From a virus: a stretch of DNA of 64,000 bases. The stretch's first letter is position 1. The number at the start of each line of letters is the position of its first letter. Both the position numbers and the translations under genes were made by a program. Location: the IMG/VR virus record IMGVR_UViG_3300011115_000717, positions 43,929 to 107,928 of that record. One strand, 5' to 3'. Below are positions 56,954 through 64,000 of this stretch, in pieces. The notes under the pieces were generated by a model that did no database searches, was not told where the DNA came from, and saw only the letters and a program-made list of their open reading frames with translations.

Positions 56954-59140
56954 CTACCGCTTGCCCTTCTTGGGCAGATGACCTGCCACAAGGTTGGCGA
57001 AGCGGTTCAAGAAGACTCGACTGACCATACGATTGGTCATGCTCTTGATGAAAGTATTGCGAATCTTGGTAAGTGTCCCGGTCAATTCAGGCATGACATC
57101 AGCAGCAGGACGCAAAGGACGAACGATGTAATACTCATGGAAACCCGGAGTCAACTCAGGAAGAGCAGGATAGAAGTTGTCCGTGTTGTACTCACGGTTG
57201 ACCTCTGACACCTCTGCCTTCTGTGCTTCCGCATAGTCCTTGCGTGACATATTGCTTGGGTAGACCTTCTTGGGATTACGAATCAATTTCGTATACAACG
57301 ATGCACCCACGCCCGTCATACCACCGATGGAGAACCCGATGGTAGTAACACCCATCTTCTGAATCTCCGATGCCATGAAGTATTGCAACTGAAGCCCAAG
57401 ACTGTCCACGCCCGTGCGAGTATCCGATGGCATGGTGACCGTCCGACCTGTTGCCATGTGCTGAATACGCAATCCCTTGACTGCATTGTATGACCGCTTG
57501 CCCGTGATACTCTGATGATTCGGTTCACCGTCCGTGACCAAGATCAGCGAAGTGATCTGTGATCCGGTCTTGTTGATGAACTTCGGCAGGTAGTCGTGCA
57601 GAATCATCATGGCTTCCACCGTAGGCGTTCCACCCATGTGCAATGCTGACGGCATCACTTCATTGATTGCGTAAGTGTAGTTCGTACGATTGCTGCTGCT
57701 ACCACCTGCCAACCACAGCAATTTTTCCATCTCCTTCTGCTCTGCATCCGTCATGGTGCTGCTGAGAACCTGCACCAAATTGGTATGAACAAAGTTTAGG
57801 GAATCCTTCTCATCCTTTGCATTACCAAAGGTGGAATGACGAGAAGGGTGGTTTGGATAAATCTTTTTATAAATCTCTGCCTTCTCTGCTTCCATACGAG
57901 CAGTCTCCACAGCACCGGGAATCTTCTGTGTCTTGTCCTGAACATCGGTGTACAGGAACACTTCGTATGGAATCTTGACCTTACGGCAGAAGCCAACGAG
58001 CAGCAGAGTCTGCCGAAGCACATTGTCTGAACAGCAGGACATACTGCCTGACCAATCAATCAGGAACACCATGCCATGCTTCTTGCCTTCAAACTTCACA
58101 AGATTGCGAAGGAAGATATCGTCATGGGTACGGTACTGATGCAGACGATCCGGATTCAGGTTTCCGCTCTCCTTCATGCGCTCATTGCGAATCTCTGCTG
58201 CTGCCTTACGGCGTTCAAACTGAGCAGCCAATTCCTTGATGCTCTTGTCCACTTCCTTGCGGAAGGTTGACAATTCAACCTCTGTGGAGGCGATCATGGT
58301 ACGAACCTCTGAGATCCAATCCTTGTTCTTGCGTGGATTGTCCGTGAGTCTTTCCATCTTGAAGGCATGGTCATCAATGACCTCCTGAAAGCCAACGATG
58401 CAAAGCGATGAATCCACCTTGGGTAGCGAGTACGACATATACGGAAAGTCTTCACGCTTTGTGCTGTACGCATCAGCGTCCGTCAAATCCTTGCCATCAC
58501 GCATGAACTTCTTGTCCATCAATTCGCCAAGATCATTGGATGGGGATGAATCAGGCTTCTCGTCCATCTCATCCTTTGCCAACATGAACAGATCGTCTGC
58601 GATCTTGACCACTTCGGCATAAGTCTTGACAGTCGCTACGCGATCAATGATCTTCTGTTCAGCAGGGCTGAAGTCAAAGGACATCAGACCGAAGACTCCA
58701 AACTTGAAGTACAGGTTGATGCGATCAATGATCGACATCGTGCTGACCGGAGTATCCTTCAGTTCAAAGATGTCAAGGGCGAGAATCTCCTTGTAGCCTT
58801 CAAAGAAGTCACGCCGACATCCGGGGAACTTCTCCTTGATCATGCGCTCGATACGAGCATCCTCGATACTGTTGATACAGGCTTTGTATCCTTGGGGATG
58901 AAGTTTGCGCTCCCTTGCGTTGTCGAGCGAGGCAAGGAACTCCTCTGCGGGAGTGTACAGGGCATGACCGACCTCATGGGCGATGATCATATCCTTGAGT
59001 GCTTGGGATGTCTTCCAATCCGGAATGGTCAGAGTACGACTCTCCATATCGAAGGAGGCGGTAGGGGCAGCGGTGTCGAGGTTGACGAAGATGTTCTCGC
59101 TTGCGAGGGCACGAGCGAACAATGATGTAGAGGTGTTCAT
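56954..59140 (-). CDS. CobT-like protein: N-terminal HExxH metallopeptidase-like domain plus VWA domain
   Basis: TASFD...R.L.IP.W, AHEVGHALYTP, IEDARIE; DWSGSM, GGTP, VTDGE MIDAS; leaderless TTGACC-16nt-TACCAT. Confidence 0.9.
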   Translation of the reverse strand: MNTSTSLFARALASENIFVNLDTAAPTASFDMESRTLTIPDWKTSQALKDMIIAHEVGHALYTPAEEFLASLDNARERKLHPQGYKACINSIEDARIERMIKEKFPGCRRDFFEGYKEILALDIFELKDTPVSTMSIIDRINLYFKFGVFGLMSFDFSPAEQKIIDRVATVKTYAEVVKIADDLFMLAKDEMDEKPDSSPSNDLGELMDKKFMRDGKDLTDADAYSTKREDFPYMSYSLPKVDSSLCIVGFQEVIDDHAFKMERLTDNPRKNKDWISEVRTMIASTEVELSTFRKEVDKSIKELAAQFERRKAAAEIRNERMKESGNLNPDRLHQYRTHDDIFLRNLVKFEGKKHGMVFLIDWSGSMSCCSDNVLRQTLLLVGFCRKVKIPYEVFLYTDVQDKTQKIPGAVETARMEAEKAEIYKKIYPNHPSRHSTFGNAKDEKDSLNFVHTNLVQVLSSTMTDAEQKEMEKLLWLAGGSSSNRTNYTYAINEVMPSALHMGGTPTVEAMMILHDYLPKFINKTGSQITSLILVTDGEPNHQSITGKRSYNAVKGLRIQHMATGRTVTMPSDTRTGVDSLGLQLQYFMASEIQKMGVTTIGFSIGGMTGVGASLYTKLIRNPKKVYPSNMSRKDYAEAQKAEVSEVNREYNTDNFYPALPELTPGFHEYYIVRPLRPAADVMPELTGTLTKIRNTFIKSMTNRMVSRVFLNRFANLVAGHLPKKGKR

Positions 59141-59235
59141 GTTGTTTATGGTATCAGAATTGGAATGCGGGTCAAGAGGGGAGAGCAGAAAATTATGATA
59201 ATTTCTACTCTCCCCACCGCGAAGCAATCAGAGGA

Positions 59236-59514
59236 TCAGACGGATGCTGCTGTACTGGCAGCGATCAGGGCGGACATATCGTACATCTTGGCACCTCGTG
59301 AGAGGTTGGTGATGTCAGTAGCGCAATCTTTCAGAACCCATGTTGGAACACCCTTCATACCAATCTTGTTGGCGATGGCAAGCAGTTCCCACTTCTCGAA
59401 CAGGTAACTTGCAGGTTCATTGCGTGCGATACGACCCGGACTAGTGGGACGATTGTTCTCCGCGAAAGACTTTGCGGCTGCGATATAACGATTTCTCTTG
59501 TTGACATACGGCAT
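59236..59514 (-). CDS. Hypothetical protein
   Basis: AAGGAG RBS; P.WV.......RG..Y pattern resembling the N-terminal domain of phage CobS-like proteins. Confidence 0.65.
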   Translation of the reverse strand: MPYVNKRNRYIAAAKSFAENNRPTSPGRIARNEPASYLFEKWELLAIANKIGMKGVPTWVLKDCATDITNLSRGAKMYDMSALIAASTAASV

Positions 59515-59529
59515 GGTAGTGACTCCTTA

Positions 59530-60498
59530 TTAGATACTGACTGTAGTAGGCATGGTGGTTTGCTTAACCACTTCTTCGATGACCGGGGCAGACGGAACGA
59601 CCTCTGCCACCGGGATTGGATTGATCGTTGGATCAATCTTTGTGTAAAGATTCCAAAACGCTTCCTGAGTGTCTCTGTCGAACCGATTCAGGGACAGGCG
59701 AACAGCCTTCTCCTTGTCGTGGAACACAGCGTAACCCTTCACGATTCCAAGCAGACGGCGAGTGGAGACGATCTTGTCCAAGGCACCTTCCGCATACCCC
59801 TTACGAATGGTTTCAGCCCACTTCGTAAGGTAGTTGGCGAAATCGTCATCCCGACAGTTGCGCTCGGACATCATCCGAATCACAATGCGAGTCTCGACTG
59901 CACGAGGAGCGTACTCCTGCTCGTAGGTGTAATCGAACCGATCCAAGAACGCTTCGTTCTGAACCCGTGTTCCCACGAACATATCGTCCCCACCACCGTC
60001 ACCCTTAGTATTGGCAGTTGCCACAATCATGAACCCCGGAGCAGGGCGCACGAACTCCGAAATCTTCTTGATGAAGATACCCTTGCCCTCCAAGACTGGC
60101 TGCAAGCACATGATGCGCTCAGAGGCGAGATCGACCTCATCCAAGAGGAGAACAGCCCCACGCTTCATTGCTTCGATGGCAGCACCGTACACGAACACGG
60201 TCGAACCATTGTGAAGACGGAAACCACCGATGAGATCGTCCTCGTCAGTCTCTGCTGTGATGTTGGCACGAATGCACTCACGATTGGCATTGGCACAGGC
60301 TTGCTCAACCATAGTGGTCTTACCATTACCGGACAGCCCGGTAACATACAGAGTGGTAAAGTCGTTGTTGCGGACGAACTTCTCTACATCATCGAAGTGA
60401 CCCCAAGGTACATACGATGGCGTGATGGCGGGAATCAGGCTTCCCTTCTCTCCGGTCAGGTTGCTGTTCATTGCGAGATTGATCTGTGAGTCTGTCAT
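59530..60498 (-). CDS. MoxR-family AAA+ ATPase (phage CobS-like)
   Basis: YVPWG.F, GLSGNGKT, ETDEDDLIGGFRL, LLLDEVD, ATANTKG, NEAFLDRF, STRRL. Confidence 0.93.
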   Translation of the reverse strand: MTDSQINLAMNSNLTGEKGSLIPAITPSYVPWGHFDDVEKFVRNNDFTTLYVTGLSGNGKTTMVEQACANANRECIRANITAETDEDDLIGGFRLHNGSTVFVYGAAIEAMKRGAVLLLDEVDLASERIMCLQPVLEGKGIFIKKISEFVRPAPGFMIVATANTKGDGGGDDMFVGTRVQNEAFLDRFDYTYEQEYAPRAVETRIVIRMMSERNCRDDDFANYLTKWAETIRKGYAEGALDKIVSTRRLLGIVKGYAVFHDKEKAVRLSLNRFDRDTQEAFWNLYTKIDPTINPIPVAEVVPSAPVIEEVVKQTTMPTTVSI

Positions 60499-60641
60499 AC
60501 GGTTCCTTCTGTTGCTTCGGCACAAGGACGATCCTCGTGATGTGTATATGGTAACCGAACTTGCACAAGATTGCTAGTCAATACCTCGCAATATTGTCAA
60601 GATTCATAAAAAAATATATTTGAAATCCGAGGAGATTTTTC

Positions 60642-60730
60642 TTGACATCTGTGTGCTTTGTGGTATAATGCGCCATCCTGGCCTATCGGCGTTGCTCCGC
60701 AACATTTTAGCCGATAGTACGTCCGATAAT
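60642..60730 (+). ncRNA. Promoter-driven small hairpin element, copy 1
   Basis: TTGACA-16nt-TATAAT, then CCTATCGGC-GTTGC-TCC-GCAAC-ATTTTA-GCCGATAG-TA-CGTCCGATAAT; no + strand ORF follows. Confidence 0.55.
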
Positions 60731-60776
60731 AAAAATTAATAATAAATTAATATAAAATAATTTTAAATAAAATAAC

Positions 60777-60807
60777 CCCACACCGACTCTGACTTCGGTG
60801 TGAGGGG
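60777..60807 (-). terminator. Hairpin terminator after 60828-61091
   Basis: CACACCGA...TCGGTGTG stem followed by T-rich tract on - strand. Confidence 0.7.
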
Positions 60808-60827
60808 AAAGCGGGAGTTGAACAACC

Positions 60828-61091
60828 TTACGAAGGGTATTCGTTCATGCAGCATGAACTCTTTTCGCATTGTTCGCTCATACGAACCAGAGTGTTCTCG
60901 ATTCGATTAAAGCGTTTGTCATTCGTCAAATGATTATGCTCTAATTCACGACTGAGTCCCAGGTCAATTTCCTCAACGCGCTGAAGAACCTCTGACCGAA
61001 AGTTCTTTGCCATCGACTTGATGTAGTACGCTACGAACACAACAACCATCAAACCTGCAACAATCCATCCAATGTTATCTGCTGTAACCAT
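60828..61091 (-). CDS. Single-TM coiled-coil protein
   Basis: N-terminal TM; AAGGAGACACT RBS. Confidence 0.7.
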   Translation of the reverse strand: MVTADNIGWIVAGLMVVVFVAYYIKSMAKNFRSEVLQRVEEIDLGLSRELEHNHLTNDKRFNRIENTLVRMSEQCEKSSCCMNEYPS

Positions 61092-61129
61092 AGTGTCTCC
61101 TTTGTAAAAGTAAGTAACTCAATCACGAA

Positions 61130-61205
61130 TAGAAGGGGCGGGAGTTGCACCCACATATTCGCGCTTATAAGGCACGCGCTCTAACTACAATTCAGCCACC
61201 CTTCT
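61130..61205 (-). tRNA. tRNA-Ile(TAT)
   Basis: AGAAGGG/CCCTTCT-A, CGTGC-CTTATAA-GCGCG, GTGGG-TGCAACT-CCCGC (atypical T-loop). Confidence 0.8.
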
Positions 61206-61374
61206 GTATGACACTACTCTTACGGCGAGTGTCCAACCGGGCAACCATAGGTTACCTCTATACGGTTCCTAACCCGCTTCACGCTTGTCAGTTATGCCGT
61301 CAACCCGAATAAAGTATTATATTTTTTGTGGTGATATACATTACATTGTACCCTCTCCTATGTTGAAAGTCAAG

Positions 61375-61448
61375 CATTCCCGGTTGGACTCGAACCAACG
61401 ACATACAGATTAGAAATCTGTTACTCTATCCAACTGAGTTACGGGAAT
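61375..61448 (-). tRNA. tRNA-Arg(TCT)
   Basis: ATTCCCG/CGGGAAT-G, ACAGA-TTTCTAA-TCTGT, GTTGG-TTCGAGT-CCAAC. Confidence 0.92.
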
Positions 61449-61453
61449 AGAAG

Positions 61454-61526
61454 TAGCGCGGGTGGGACTCGAACCCACACTTGACAGATTTTAAGTCTGT
61501 TGACTCTGCCGTTGGTCTACCGCGCC
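61454..61526 (-). tRNA. tRNA-Leu(TAA) with short variable loop
   Basis: GGCGCGG/CCGCGCT-A, ACAGA-CTTAAAA-TCTGT, 5-nt V-loop, GTGGG-TTCGAGT-CCCAC. Confidence 0.88.
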
Positions 61527-61531
61527 ACACA

Positions 61532-61795
61532 TTATACCAATTCGTACTCGATTGGTTCCCACTTCTTGATGGTGGTCAGAATCACGCTTCGCCACTCACC
61601 GATGTCAAGATCGTAGATTCGCTGAACACCGGGCGAGTCTGCCTTCTTGTTGTCCTTCGATGGGTGGTCAACCTTGGGAACCTTCTTGAGATCGGTGGTT
61701 CCGTTCAGAGTGCGAGTGGTTCCGTCCTTCTTACGAAAGACAACCTTGACGATCAGCCCGTCATTCAATGCTTTGACAAATCCCGATGATGGCAT
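61532..61795 (-). CDS. WYL-like / SH3 beta-barrel (DUF2693-type) protein
   Basis: V.V.FRKKDGTTR.L.GT.D...YDLD.GEWRS. Confidence 0.8.
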   Translation of the reverse strand: MPSSGFVKALNDGLIVKVVFRKKDGTTRTLNGTTDLKKVPKVDHPSKDNKKADSPGVQRIYDLDIGEWRSVILTTIKKWEPIEYELV

Positions 61796-61796
61796 C

Positions 61797-62072
61797 TTAG
61801 TCCTCCGTGCGGTAGTAGTCAGCGTCTTCTTGGTGACTGATTTGGTGCGAGATGATGGCTTCCGTGGCTTCTTCTTCGTCTGCATAGGTTTCGACATTCT
61901 CAATTTCTCCGCTAAGGTGGTTCTGAAAGATAACAAGGATCTCCTCGTTACCAAGGGTGTACGCCGTGGCAAACATATCTCCCAAGTCTACTTCGCCCAT
62001 ATCCCACTTGTCAGCGAGATCAGGGTTTGCGAGAATGTCTTCAGCCAATTCAAACAGGTCGATCTCTTTCAT
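61797..62072 (-). CDS. Highly acidic small early protein, leaderless
   Basis: 26 D/E vs 3 K/R in 91 aa; TTGACA-17nt-TATCAT. Confidence 0.7.
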   Translation of the reverse strand: MKEIDLFELAEDILANPDLADKWDMGEVDLGDMFATAYTLGNEEILVIFQNHLSGEIENVETYADEEEATEAIISHQISHQEDADYYRTED

Positions 62073-62103
62073 ACGAGTATGATATCCGATTTAGGGGTGA
62101 ATG

Positions 62104-62400
62104 TCAACGAATAATTGGAAAAGTTTTGAAATGTTCGATCAGGGGTTCAAGGTAGTCGAAGTACTCTTCGCTCAGGTAACTCTCTGTGCCTCGCAGCCCA
62201 ACAGAGACACAACTGACATCTTCAAAGATTGGAAGATTGTCCTCACCAAACCTACAGTCAATGCAGAGGTCACTACCGCTGTTCAGAATGAAGTAGTAAA
62301 ACTCACCCACACGCTTCCAACTGTACTCTGTCTCTCCTTCGGTGTAGTCACCCTTGAGCGGAATGTCGTAAACGATTTGTGTTGTTTCTTTGTCTGTCAT
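62104..62400 (-). CDS. Acidic hypothetical protein
   Basis: GGAG RBS, operon geometry. Confidence 0.65.
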   Translation of the reverse strand: MTDKETTQIVYDIPLKGDYTEGETEYSWKRVGEFYYFILNSGSDLCIDCRFGEDNLPIFEDVSCVSVGLRGTESYLSEEYFDYLEPLIEHFKTFPIIR

Positions 62401-62404
62401 TGTG

Positions 62405-62614
62405 TTAACTCCGTTCCATGTAGCAGCAGAAGGAACACATCACGGCGGGTGATCCTGCGGGCTTTCCATCACGAATACCCTCCGCAGCGGGAATGTCGCG
62501 AGAAAGTTTGGCGATCTTATTGCTGGTCTTCTCCGTCAACGTCTGCTGGCAGTAGTCGCACTTCAGTTTGGCGGTCGGGTTTGCTACGATTGTGAATACT
62601 GGGAATACTGACAT
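62405..62614 (-). CDS. Small zinc-finger protein
   Basis: CDYC...CSFC; AAGGAGACACT RBS. Confidence 0.65.
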   Translation of the reverse strand: MSVFPVFTIVANPTAKLKCDYCQQTLTEKTSNKIAKLSRDIPAAEGIRDGKPAGSPAVMCSFCCYMERS

Positions 62615-62624
62615 AGTGTCTCCT

Positions 62625-62792
62625 TTAGAATCCAATGGCGAACTCGCCATCCTTATCCATTTTAGTGAGTTGTTTACTAGCCCAATGATGAATGTCGTTT
62701 GCTGAATCGTAGATGACTACGGGACGATACCGTAGATCCGGATCCTTGTCGATTGCTTCATTGATTATTTTTAATATTGTGTCGTATGTCAT
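62625..62792 (-). CDS. Small hypothetical protein (55 aa, not in ORF track)
   Basis: AAGGAG RBS; MTYDTILKIINEAIDKDPDLRYRPVVIYD... Confidence 0.6.
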   Translation of the reverse strand: MTYDTILKIINEAIDKDPDLRYRPVVIYDSANDIHHWASKQLTKMDKDGEFAIGF

Positions 62793-62805
62793 TGTATCTC
62801 CTTAG

Positions 62806-62878
62806 TGGGATCGGTGGGGCTCGAACCCACGACCAAGAAATTAAAAGTTTCCTGCGCTACCAACTGCGCTACGATCCC
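62806..62878 (-). tRNA. tRNA-Lys(TTT)
   Basis: GGGATCG/CGATCCC-A, GGAAA-CTTTTAA-TTTCT, GTGGG-TTCGAGC-CCCAC. Confidence 0.93.
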
Positions 62879-63032
62879 AAACTTGGAGACCCTGTTTCAG
62901 CCGGGTCTCCACCCGCTCACCTGCTTTGTACGGCTCACTAGGATTTTAGTGGCTACGGTTGCCCTGAATACAGTCTTCATTTCGAGCATCTACTGCGCTC
63001 TAGTTTAACTGACTTACATCAAGGCTAGTGGT

Positions 63033-63335
63033 TTATGCGCCCTCCACCATGATTGCCAACTGACCCAATGCCATCAGGTTGATGATCAACGCCTTCTCGA
63101 CCGGAGTGAACATATCCGGAGTGTTGTCCTCCATCATCTTGTTGATGGAGCGAAGAATCAGTTCGCGGCACTCAGCATCCTGATACCAAACCATGCCACT
63201 CTCGTCCACGGCGGACAGAACTGCGTACTGAATGGAGGCGAGGATCTCGCTGATCTGTGGCTTACGGTTGCTGTTTGCTGCTGCTACGATTGTCGATTGC
63301 AACTGTGCAATCTCGCTGTCACTTAGAATCGGCAT
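63033..63335 (-). CDS. Hypothetical protein
   Basis: AAGGAGACACT RBS. Confidence 0.65.
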   Translation of the reverse strand: MPILSDSEIAQLQSTIVAAANSNRKPQISEILASIQYAVLSAVDESGMVWYQDAECRELILRSINKMMEDNTPDMFTPVEKALIINLMALGQLAIMVEGA

Positions 63336-63344
63336 AGTGTCTCC

Positions 63345-63488
63345 TTAGTCGTTGTCGAGGTTATCAATCAGGGATTCAATCTCATCGTCTACGGGTTCCC
63401 AACGCCCCTGTAGACAGGCTTCGTCTTCGATGTGGTCTGTGTCTTCGTCGTCATCGTCCCAATCCATTGCTACTTTGGTGATCTTCAT
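63345..63488 (-). CDS. Very acidic micro-protein (not in ORF track), leaderless
   Basis: MKITKVAMDWDDDEDTDHIEDEACLQGRWEPVDDEIESLIDNLDND; TACCAT -10 just upstream. Confidence 0.55.
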   Translation of the reverse strand: MKITKVAMDWDDDDEDTDHIEDEACLQGRWEPVDDEIESLIDNLDND

Positions 63489-63548
63489 GGCGGTATGGTA
63501 TCCTATGTAAGAGGTTTGTTCAACAACAATATCGAAACTTTGTAAGAT

Positions 63549-63836
63549 TTATCCACGGTTCAGGTAGCGTTCGTAGGATGAATCATCCATCGATTCACCT
63601 GTACCGCTGTAGTAGCGGTCATCACGACCTTCATCTTCAGGTGGTTCTAGTGTACCTGCTGCCTCTGCTGCTAGGTATTTTTTGGTTCGAAACAAATCAC
63701 GCAAGCGTTTAGGTTGTAGGTCAGCGGCTCGGTCTGCGGCTTCGATGCAGCCCGGGCACAGCCCGTCTACATATGCTTCAAAGGTTGAGCAGGTGCATGG
63801 CATTTCATCGGCGGGGGTTGTTGGGGTGATGTCCAT
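63549..63836 (-). CDS. Hypothetical protein with CxC...CxxC, leaderless
   Basis: TTGACT-16nt-TACCAT (63870-63843). Confidence 0.65.
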   Translation of the reverse strand: MDITPTTPADEMPCTCSTFEAYVDGLCPGCIEAADRAADLQPKRLRDLFRTKKYLAAEAAGTLEPPEDEGRDDRYYSGTGESMDDSSYERYLNRG

Positions 63837-63926
63837 GCGAGTATGGTAACACAATTCAAAGTAGAGTCAATACTATTCTTCAATATTCGATCAAAAAGAT
63901 TTTCTATAAATCTTGGCGGAATTGTC

Positions 63927-64000
63927 TTGACATCCAAACTTAAGTGGGTATACTCCCATCCCGCGTCCTATCGGCGTTGCTTCGCAACATTATAGCCGAT
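63927..64000 (+). ncRNA. Promoter-driven small hairpin element, copy 2 (truncated by window end)
   Basis: TTGACA-16nt-TATACT, then CCTATCGGCGTTGCTTCGCAACATTATAGCCGAT, near-identical to 60682-60715. Confidence 0.55.

Noticed and set aside
59560-60489. 309-aa ORF antisense to the AAA+ gene
   Set aside because: Shadow ORF of a GC-richer, well-conserved gene; no motifs, promoter or RBS
56954-60498. Cobalamin biosynthesis (cobS/cobT) supporting NrdJ
   Set aside because: No cobN or other cob genes in the window; the pair is a generic MoxR-VWA system
61481-63008. + strand ORFs 61481-61789, 61647-62114, 62101-62595, 62805-63008
   Set aside because: Antisense to tRNAs and to RBS/promoter-supported minus-strand genes
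1-64000. Stop-codon recoding
   Set aside because: Core genes are intact in code 11, all three stops end genes, and no suppressor tRNA is seen

Overview
A 64-kb segment of a T4-like (Kyanoviridae/Straboviridae-type) myovirus genome; no host DNA is evident. 0.9-28.7 kb is the T4-type replication/recombination core: gp55, gp47, gp46, gp45, gp44, gp62, regA, gp43, uvsX, gp41, gp61, thyX, class II nrdJ, RuvC-like. It is interrupted between regA and gp43 by a GT2-TPR glycosyltransferase, collagen/tail-fibre genes, dUTPase and an inverted three-gene membrane (putative lysis) cassette. 30-56 kb mixes late-promoter (A/C)TAAATA genes on +, many with T4 capsid-targeting-like N-termini, with small sigma70-driven genes on -. 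57-64 kb is a visibly GC-richer, probably early region with a MoxR-AAA+/VWA pair, small acidic proteins and tRNAs. RNA genes: seven tRNAs (Asn, Tyr, Glu, Ile-UAU, Arg-UCU, short-arm Leu-UAA, Lys) and a circularly permuted two-piece tmRNA with tag ANQLAMAA directly behind tRNA-Tyr. Other highlights are a phage PEP-CTERM (VPxPG) protein pointing to a Planctomycetota/Phycisphaerae-type host, a leaderless promoter architecture with mostly 16-bp spacers, and a repeated promoter-driven CCTATCGGC...GCCGATAG hairpin family. All calls are by eye; no searches were run.
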